Part shown: positions 17,959 through 24,424 of the stretch, piece by piece
Numbering within the stretch: the stretch's first letter is position 1
How the letters are laid out: the number at the start of each line of letters is the position of its first letter
From: a virus
Lineage: Duplodnaviria; Caudoviricetes
IMG/VR virus record: IMGVR_UViG_3300021087_000075
Location: 1 to 24,424 of that record
Strand: one strand, 5' to 3'
DNA: 24,424 bases
Translations under genes and position numbers: made by a program
The notes under the pieces: generated by a model
What the model was told of the DNA's origin: nothing
Seen by the model: only the letters and a program-made list of their open reading frames with translations
The model's database searches: none

Positions 17959-20900
17959 TTAATCCTCTGCTACCATTCCGTTTGATGCACTGATAGCTGC
18001 GCCTACTGCATCTGTTGTATTATCTATTCGTCTTAGTCCTTGGAAGACTGAACGTCCTGCACTTGTACCTACATGAAGCAATTCTGTATCATCGTCATAT
18101 GCTAATGCTGTGACTGCATCTGAAGAACCATAAAGAGTAGCCTTTGCATTCTCTTGGAATAAGAACTTCTCGTCTTCGTATATCTTTTTAATTTGTTCTT
18201 GAGATAAAGCCGTGTGTGATAAACGGAATAGAGATAGGCTTCCTCTCCAATAGGTTGTAGTTTGAGTAGGCTCTGTCCTTCTACCTAATCTAATAACATT
18301 ACCGGAACGTGTTAAATTTGCAGTATGTGTATAGCTACCTGCTGTTAAAATTCCATTAATAGATGTAGAAACTGTTCCACCTTTTCTTTGATGAGTTACA
18401 TGTATCCAATTATTTAAAGGAACAGATGATTGAATATAATTCCAGTTACCGCCACTTTCTCTTGTATATGTTCTTAATCCTTGCCCAGCAACATATAATG
18501 CTAAAATAGCCTGGTCTTGATCTGAGGCATACCCATAATGATAGGCAGCCGCCGTAGTATCGCTTGGAATATACATCCAGGTCTGAATACAAAAGTCAGC
18601 ACTAAAATCTAAACTAGAATTATAAGGTTGTTGTAAATAATTACCGTCACCAAACCCAGCATAACTTACAATATCTCTATCGCTTCCACCTTTACTCTTA
18701 GTCACAGTGCCGACTACTTCTACTGGATGACAATAAACGGTTCTATTATAATCGCACTCTTGAATACTATACCCTGTTACAGTACCAGTACTCCATGTAT
18801 AAAAAGTCCACGATGGGAAGTTTTTTATATAAACAGTACTACTGATTGGTGATCCAGACGTACCACCAGCTTGGATATTAAGATTAGCTTGTCCTACTCC
18901 AGGCGCAGTAGTATCTCCTGTATAAACATAAACTCCATCAGTTGGATTACCGTATCCTGGCCATTGTCCGTCGATATCCCCATAACCTGTAATAGTTACT
19001 TTATAAGTCTTTTTAGGATTAAGTGTAATAGAACCTAAATTACCAGTTGCTGGAGTATAAGGATTTAGATTAGTGTCAGATACATTAGTGTCGTCGGTAT
19101 CGGATAAGGTAGAGAGTTTGATGTTACCGCTCATCCAGCCTGTGTTATAGTCAGAAGTTATATAGGCTACTGAGTTGCTGGGCGAAGATAAACCTCCGTT
19201 TATGTTGAAAACATTTAAACCATATGTATCTGCTGTGGCAGCATTATTGTTATCTAAAGAAATTGCTCTATTTGCTAATCCGTATTGTTGATCACCATGA
19301 GGATTATTACTAGGACCGTTAGGACCAGGGAAGGCGATACCATTACTTCTAAAATAATTTAAATACGGCCAGCCTGAAGGGTGAGCCCCTGAGGCTGCTG
19401 TTAAATACGTAATAACAAAGTAACTATAATTATTTCTAGTTACTATAAGGTACCCATCCTTTGTAAAATCCACAGTTGCGCTGTATGTGGTTGCATCAGT
19501 GGTTACTTTATTGACGACAATACCGTCATCCTTAATAATACTTACTCCACCATTTGTTGCAACAGCAATAGTCGGCACAGGCAATCCTGTAGCACTATCA
19601 ATCGGGGCGTTGGGTAGCACGGTCATTGCTACATCGTTGATATTCTGTGATACAATAGCTAGAAGATCATAATCTCCCTTATAACTCCTATAGCTGTTTC
19701 TAGTAGATATTGGACCTGTGTAAATAGACCCTGTGAAACCACTTCCTACAGTACGATAACACCGTGATAATTCAGAAATAAAGTTAACAGTAAATGCACC
19801 TTCTGGAGAGCTACTGTCATTCATACCAAAGCACATAGTTCCATTTATACACCCTACGCTTGTTACACTACCACTACCTGTAATAATATTACTTGAACTA
19901 CCAATAGCACCAACAGCATTAAATACCATCCACATAGGCAAATCAGGATCATCACCATCATAGATCGTAACCTGTGAACTCTCAGCCACAATCACAGCAA
20001 CCGCTGGAAACTCTTTACGAGCACCACGAGTAGCAGTGTTTAGTGTTTCATTATACCAAGATGTATGCTGAGTACGTTTACGCCATGCACCACCATCTGA
20101 ATCTTTACGAGTGTCATATATGAATACATCAACTGCAGTATCAGAAATATCTTTAGCAACAGCAGCGAGATCCATATCACCAGTTACGTTACCCGTTACA
20201 TTACCTGTAACTGCACCAGTATGCGTGCCTGTAGTATCGCCGGTTAAATCACCTGTAATAGTACCATCAACCGTTAAACTTGTACCATTTAATAGTTGTA
20301 GAGAATCGGATCTCCATCGGCCAGTAATAACATTTGATCCAGCCTTCTTATGAGCAAACTCAATGATGCCATCTTCTGTTCCGTCACTAGCATCTAAAAT
20401 TTTACCAGTGATTTTTGCAAAGACTGTGTTTTGGTCTGCATCATTATCAGCAGTAAATTTAATTTGACCAATATAGTTTGCATCGGCGCCGGTGTTATCT
20501 CTTCGTAATTCAAATTCTGGGGCTGCGGAACTACCTGAGTCTGTTGATGTAAGAGTTGCATTACCTGTTACGTCAATACCTGTTGATGTTGTGGATAGTT
20601 TGGGGGAGTTGTCGTGATAAAGTGTTACTGCACCATTAGATGTACCATTTAATATATTTTCACCAGATGCAGTCTGGATACGAACATCTGTGCCTTGAAG
20701 GTATAAAGAGCCTGTGCCGCCTTCTTTTACATAAGAGCCAGTATTGTCGTGGTAAATTTGTAGATCGCTATCATCACCAAAGATAGCTTTATTATTATCT
20801 GCAAAAGTAATGTTATTGCCTGAACCACCGATCTGGATAGTACCGTTTACAATATCACCGTCATAGTTAATGTAGCGAGAGTCTGATGCTGCTTTAGAAT

Positions 20901-21186
20901 AAGATGCATCATTTGCAATCTCATCTTGAGTCATGATTATTAGTTTATCACCAGAAGCCGCACCTGATGTTAATGTAAGTACATCTCCACTGATAGTATA
21001 ATCATCGGTAATAATAAGCCTGACGCCGTTCAGATAAACATCGTTGTCATTTGCTTGAAGAAGATCTAGAGTTAAGCCATTCTCATCAGTACCGCTAAAT
21101 GCAGTCTGATTTGCTGTAGAAGTAAACTCATAGACCGCGCGACGACCCTGCCTTATACTGCCAGGTCCATTACCGATATATGCCAT
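17959..21186 (-). CDS. Large virion/fibre protein with LamG (concanavalin A-like) domain near the C-terminus (1075 aa)
   Basis: MAYIGN.P N-terminus, beta-sandwich repeat, DLQIYHD module, (G.VT)n repeats, and DFCIQTW...NNWIHVTHQRKGG...INGIL...IRLG...WRGSLSLFRLSHTALSQEQIKKIY (LamG-like, approx. 18170-18640). Confidence 0.72.
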   Translation of the reverse strand: MAYIGNGPGSIRQGRRAVYEFTSTANQTAFSGTDENGLTLDLLQANDNDVYLNGVRLIITDDYTISGDVLTLTSGAASGDKLIIMTQDEIANDASYSKAASDSRYINYDGDIVNGTIQIGGSGNNITFADNNKAIFGDDSDLQIYHDNTGSYVKEGGTGSLYLQGTDVRIQTASGENILNGTSNGAVTLYHDNSPKLSTTSTGIDVTGNATLTSTDSGSSAAPEFELRRDNTGADANYIGQIKFTADNDADQNTVFAKITGKILDASDGTEDGIIEFAHKKAGSNVITGRWRSDSLQLLNGTSLTVDGTITGDLTGDTTGTHTGAVTGNVTGNVTGDMDLAAVAKDISDTAVDVFIYDTRKDSDGGAWRKRTQHTSWYNETLNTATRGARKEFPAVAVIVAESSQVTIYDGDDPDLPMWMVFNAVGAIGSSSNIITGSGSVTSVGCINGTMCFGMNDSSSPEGAFTVNFISELSRCYRTVGSGFTGSIYTGPISTRNSYRSYKGDYDLLAIVSQNINDVAMTVLPNAPIDSATGLPVPTIAVATNGGVSIIKDDGIVVNKVTTDATTYSATVDFTKDGYLIVTRNNYSYFVITYLTAASGAHPSGWPYLNYFRSNGIAFPGPNGPSNNPHGDQQYGLANRAISLDNNNAATADTYGLNVFNINGGLSSPSNSVAYITSDYNTGWMSGNIKLSTLSDTDDTNVSDTNLNPYTPATGNLGSITLNPKKTYKVTITGYGDIDGQWPGYGNPTDGVYVYTGDTTAPGVGQANLNIQAGGTSGSPISSTVYIKNFPSWTFYTWSTGTVTGYSIQECDYNRTVYCHPVEVVGTVTKSKGGSDRDIVSYAGFGDGNYLQQPYNSSLDFSADFCIQTWMYIPSDTTAAAYHYGYASDQDQAILALYVAGQGLRTYTRESGGNWNYIQSSVPLNNWIHVTHQRKGGTVSTSINGILTAGSYTHTANLTRSGNVIRLGRRTEPTQTTTYWRGSLSLFRLSHTALSQEQIKKIYEDEKFLFQENAKATLYGSSDAVTALAYDDDTELLHVGTSAGRSVFQGLRRIDNTTDAVGAAISASNGMVAED

Positions 21187-21187
21187 A

Positions 21188-21523
21188 TTATGCTTGCTCC
21201 ATAATGCTCAATGTTGTATCAATTGAATTCGCTGTATCAGATTTAACCTTAAGAACATCAGAAGTTTCAAGGATTAATTTGTTTCCAGACATAACTTCTA
21301 TCGAAGATCCAGTTGGTATTGGAACTCCTTTTAAGAAGTTAATATTGTCTCCATCATTATTTTCAATGAGTACTGTTGCGTAAATTGTGTTTGTTGTTAT
21401 ATTAGCCAGTGTGATACCAAGCACAACTGTTGTAGTCGCGGCAGGTGCGGTATAAACCGTCATCGCAGCGTTTGCAGCTGTACTAGAACCATCAAAGGTT
21501 TTTAATTTAAATGTATTAGCCAT
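21188..21523 (-). CDS. Small all-beta virion structural protein (111 aa)
   Basis: MANTFK...VYTAPAATTTVVLG...LAN...IPTGSS...GNKLILETSDVLKV...SIMEQA; a recurrent aquatic-phage family; AGGA RBS inside the upstream gene end. Confidence 0.68.
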   Translation of the reverse strand: MANTFKLKTFDGSSTAANAAMTVYTAPAATTTVVLGITLANITTNTIYATVLIENNDGDNINFLKGVPIPTGSSIEVMSGNKLILETSDVLKVKSDTANSIDTTLSIMEQA

Positions 21524-21526
21524 ATC

Positions 21527-22039
21527 TTATCCTAGTGCAATTGCCAAAGCTGTAGCATCATCTATTGATGCTTTGGTAGCTAGACTATTTGTTATAGTTG
21601 TTGAGAAGTTAGCATCGTCATTGATAGCGGCTGCTAATTCGTTTAGTGTATCTAATGCCGCAGGTGCACTATCAACTAAACCTGTAATTTGTGTCTGAAC
21701 ATATGATTGTGTTGCCCAGTTGTTGGCACCTAAGTAAGTTCCAACTCTTGCATCAGTGTAGTATAGATTACTTGATCCTTCTGCGACTGTATCTGTATTA
21801 CCTTGAGTAAAGGTGATTACACCGCCTGAATAACCAAGTTGAGATCCTGATACTGATATAGCACCTTGTGATCTGGCATTTGTAAAGTATAGATTAGTCG
21901 AGCCTTCACCAAGCTGATCTGTATCATCGCCTGTGGTAAGAAAGTTACCATCACCGTCAATCGCTGCTACGTCACTACCTTCGTTATATGTTAACTTCCG
22001 GGATAACTGCGCGAGTTCTGTTGCTTTAGTTGATGCCAT
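21527..22039 (-). CDS. Short fibre-shaft / adaptor protein (170 aa)
   Basis: Two 'EGS.NLY.T.AR' repeats and 'LVDSAPAALDTLNELAAAINDDANFSTTIT' (motif known from P2 gpH-type tail fibres); ends ALAIALG. Confidence 0.72.
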   Translation of the reverse strand: MASTKATELAQLSRKLTYNEGSDVAAIDGDGNFLTTGDDTDQLGEGSTNLYFTNARSQGAISVSGSQLGYSGGVITFTQGNTDTVAEGSSNLYYTDARVGTYLGANNWATQSYVQTQITGLVDSAPAALDTLNELAAAINDDANFSTTITNSLATKASIDDATALAIALG

Positions 22040-22045
22040 AAAAAA

Positions 22046-22073
22046 AGTCCTACAGATTAGTTTCTATAGGACT
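22046..22073 (-). promoter_or_regulatory. 11-bp RNA hairpin burying the AGGA RBS, followed by a U-run (possible terminator/attenuator)
   Basis: AGUCCUAUAGA-AACUAA-UCUGUAGGACU then U-run then AUG (22039); equivalent hairpin at 710-737. Confidence 0.7.
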
Positions 22074-22080
22074 ATTTATA
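22073..22080 (-). promoter_or_regulatory. T4-type late promoter TATAAATA
   Basis: Exact consensus, upstream of ATG 22039. Confidence 0.87.
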
Positions 22081-22105
22081 TGTTTTAAAAACCTCAGTTT
22101 AGATT

Positions 22106-22420
22106 TTATTCTGGCTTAGTTGGCCATACAACATCTTCTAAGGATGTGTATGTATTAGTAATATCTCTTAAGGCTTGTCTATACGCCCTTTGCTCATCGG
22201 TTGCTGTACGATCTGGCATCATCCACCAATCAGTTTCAGACAGTTTTTCATCTCTAAGCCTACGAAGACCTGATAAACTAGCTTCTGCAATTTCTTCGTC
22301 AGTTATAATTACTGGTTCTTGATTCGGGTCTACTTCCTCTAGCGCCATAAGTTCGTCATAATTACTGCTTATATATTCTATTGTGCCGTCTTCACGTTCT
22401 GTTCTTATAAAATTTGTCAT
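22106..22420 (-). CDS. Phage tail (fibre) assembly chaperone, Tfa / Phage_tail_APC-like (104 aa)
   Basis: LRRLRDEKLSETDWW...YRQALRDIT...VVWPTKPE; AAGGAG RBS. Confidence 0.82.
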   Translation of the reverse strand: MTNFIRTEREDGTIEYISSNYDELMALEEVDPNQEPVIITDEEIAEASLSGLRRLRDEKLSETDWWMMPDRTATDEQRAYRQALRDITNTYTSLEDVVWPTKPE

Positions 22421-22429
22421 AATAACTCC

Positions 22430-22903
22430 TTAATATGCGCCTGAATTAGAACTAGTGCTTGTGTGAGCAACTACAGCTGCGTGGAAAGCAGTGTGTGACC
22501 TTCCCGATTGATGATATAAAAACCCGCCTGTATAGCTGGCGCTGGTATGTAAAACAATAACAACGGAATCGTCATCTGACGAGTAATAATAATTATTAAT
22601 CCCGTATCCGCCGGTACTACCCCAGTTATGATGGACAGGGTTGTAAGGAGTGCTTGTACCATTATATGTGTAAAAGGTTACAGAGTTGTGAATATTTCTA
22701 TCAGAGTAAATATATCCGTTAAACTCAAACTTGTGCATCCTATCATTGCTGCCGCCAAGATTTGTTTTTAAATGTAGATATACATTCCCAGTTGCTCCAA
22801 AGAAACCCAGATTGATACGTGCACCGCTGTGACTGCCTGTGGCGTACTCAACAATACGTCCAGAAGTGTTATATAATCCATCAGCATTAAGATATACACT
22901 CAT
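22430..22903 (-). CDS. Small beta-rich protein, probable fibre tip/adhesin (157 aa)
   Basis: TAATG coupling with the S74 fibre; rich in aromatic, Gly, Ser and His residues; lies between a fibre and a chaperone gene. Confidence 0.55.
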   Translation of the reverse strand: MSVYLNADGLYNTSGRIVEYATGSHSGARINLGFFGATGNVYLHLKTNLGGSNDRMHKFEFNGYIYSDRNIHNSVTFYTYNGTSTPYNPVHHNWGSTGGYGINNYYYSSDDDSVVIVLHTSASYTGGFLYHQSGRSHTAFHAAVVAHTSTSSNSGAY

Positions 22904-24424
22904 TAGTTGTTCTCCAATTCATCTATTCGTGTTTTTAATTCTTTTATTTCTTTAAGAGCATCTTGTAATGCAGCAACAATAATAGGTGTTATTCTACCAT
23001 AATCCATACTCATCATTTCATCAGACTCAGCATCGCCTGATACAGCTTCTGGTACAACTTCTTGCATCTCTTGAGCAATAAAGCCGTGCACTTGAGGATC
23101 ATCTGGATTATCTATCCATGTATGTGTCACAGGTTTCATATGCATTAGCTTATCTGCAGCATCTGCGATAGGTTCAATATTGTCTTTTAGTCTGCGATCT
23201 GATGTAGTGTTATATGTTGTACCTGATGCGGCAACATTAATGGAACCTACTGTAGATTGGTTATATCCAAGTTCTGCTATCTGACCAGCACCATTATATC
23301 TATGTAATATTAAAGGTCTGTTATTGTTCGTACTAAAATTAGCTTGACCTAAGTTTCCATTACCATTTAACACCCATCCAGCAGTGTTAGCATTATGTAG
23401 ATTTATTGCACCACCGCTTGCTATAACTCTGTTACCGCTGTTTGGGTGGAACAACATATAATCATTCAAACCAGCAGCACCGCCTATAGCAGCATATGAT
23501 CCATTAGCACTAAGAGTTAACATAGTACTAGATCCGTTAATTAGTTTTATCACAGGCCTATTTGCCTCAATTGACCTTACTGTTAACCCATTGTCAGCAC
23601 CTTGTATATCAAGTTTATCAGATGGGCTGCTATGTCCTAAAGCAAGATCGCCATCATTAGCCATATACATTTTTATAGCGCCATTTCTCAACACTTGAAT
23701 CATTTCGCCAATATGACCACTAGTAGTATTTACATATAGTGCAGATGAACCTGTACTGCCGCCACCTAAATTAGCTAGTGCAGCAGGTCCGTTTACTGAT
23801 AGTAGCGATCCTGGATTACTCGTACCAATACCAACGTTGCCGTTACTGTGGATCGTCATATTTTGCGTAAGATTACCAGCTTCTGACTTTGTGTAAAACT
23901 CCATAGTCCCACCGCTGTCATCACCAGCGTTGCTGTCAGTAGTTGCAATAATAGTTCTAATCTGACCTACTGTTCTATTTTGTACACCTGATCCAGCTAC
24001 GCCTGCGTTTTCAAAATTGTTGAATTGTATTGCACCTGCATTATATCCGTTTGAATTTGCACGTGAAGCAAGTTCTAAGTATCCTGATGTAGCATTGTTA
24101 AGTGTGGTACTCATCACAGTAAGTTTTGTAGATCCTGTGTCATATCCACTTGAGACCGGGCCTGTTGTACCAATGGCAACGTTTCCTGACGAGTTGATAC
24201 GCATTTTTTCAGCCGTAGCGTACCTAAATGATATGTGCTGATTAGTCCCAGCATCTATAGCAACAGGTTTTCCATACGAACCTTGAAGAACAATTTCAGT
24301 ACCGTTTGCATATAACTGGCCAGTACCTTGTAAATCTAGTCGGCCAACGGAAGTACCATTAATAGTAAGGGATGTCTGACTTGAAAGTGATACGGGGGAC
24401 TGAGTTCCAATACCAACGTTGCCA
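22903..24424 (-). CDS. Tail fibre with C-terminal peptidase S74 intramolecular chaperone; 5' end outside the window
   Basis: The frame stays open beyond 24204 to the window edge (GNVGIGTQSPVSLSSQ...RYATAEKMR). C-terminus YNTTSDRRLKDNI...PVTHTW...GFIAQEMQEVVPEAV...DYGRITP...coiled coil is the S74 signature. Confidence 0.85.
   Translation of the reverse strand, partial: GNVGIGTQSPVSLSSQTSLTINGTSVGRLDLQGTGQLYANGTEIVLQGSYGKPVAIDAGTNQHISFRYATAEKMRINSSGNVAIGTTGPVSSGYDTGSTKLTVMSTTLNNATSGYLELASRANSNGYNAGAIQFNNFENAGVAGSGVQNRTVGQIRTIIATTDSNAGDDSGGTMEFYTKSEAGNLTQNMTIHSNGNVGIGTSNPGSLLSVNGPAALANLGGGSTGSSALYVNTTSGHIGEMIQVLRNGAIKMYMANDGDLALGHSSPSDKLDIQGADNGLTVRSIEANRPVIKLINGSSTMLTLSANGSYAAIGGAAGLNDYMLFHPNSGNRVIASGGAINLHNANTAGWVLNGNGNLGQANFSTNNNRPLILHRYNGAGQIAELGYNQSTVGSINVAASGTTYNTTSDRRLKDNIEPIADAADKLMHMKPVTHTWIDNPDDPQVHGFIAQEMQEVVPEAVSGDAESDEMMSMDYGRITPIIVAALQDALKEIKELKTRIDELENN

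Larger units (their letters stand above)
22046..22118. repeat. Direct repeat copy B (partner at 710-782)
   Basis: See copy A; here the last 13 nt are the true 3' end (KPE-stop) of 22106..22420. Confidence 0.95.

Noticed and set aside
898-24241. Short plus-strand ORFs and alternative-frame minus ORFs in the track (e.g. 898..1128, 2916..3116, 3610..3891, 9649..9957, 20111..20353, 24017..24241)
   Set aside because: All lie inside or largely overlap longer, motif-supported minus-strand genes and have no recognisable motifs; best explained as shadow ORFs.
785-24424. Diversity-generating retroelement or invertase shufflon as the source of tip diversity
   Set aside because: No reverse transcriptase or recombinase gene, no template/variable repeat pair differing only at adenines, and all genes and repeats are in direct orientation. 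Such elements elsewhere in the genome cannot be excluded.
1-24424. CRISPR array, tRNA or rRNA genes
   Set aside because: The repeated 17-mers are irregularly spaced and in frame within genes; the longest intergenic gap is about 90 nt and none looks like a cloverleaf.

Overview
AT-rich, fully minus-strand, tightly packed structural region of a T4-like (most likely marine, uncultured-type) myovirus. The left edge holds the 5' part of the neck gene gp13 (1-701). Everything upstream is a ~23.6 kb island of 21 tail-fibre / receptor-binding-like genes and small partner (assembly/chaperone-like) genes: four C1q-domain fibres, a LamG/concanavalin-like protein, a carbohydrate-binding-like protein, a peptidase-S74 fibre (truncated by the right edge), three tandem 'MEIA' paralogues and two tail-assembly chaperones. 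Six perfect T4 late promoters (TATAAATA) split it into transcriptional cassettes. The main unexpected features are: (i) the gp13 promoter/leader (46/47 nt identical, plus a colinear 'KPE-stop' tail) is duplicated 21,336 bp away, so a ~21.3 kb fibre block is flanked by direct repeats; (ii) this leader is an 11-bp hairpin that buries the Shine-Dalgarno and overlaps the late promoter; (iii) a second 18-nt stem-loop is shared by the ribosome-binding sites of two unrelated fibre genes; (iv) fibre genes are mosaics of recurring modules joined at DNA-level conserved 'ERMRIDSSGNVGIG' junctions, with recurring N-terminal peptides and paired small partner genes, which suggests a combinatorial host-range system. 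Protein family calls come from motif recognition only; no database search was run.
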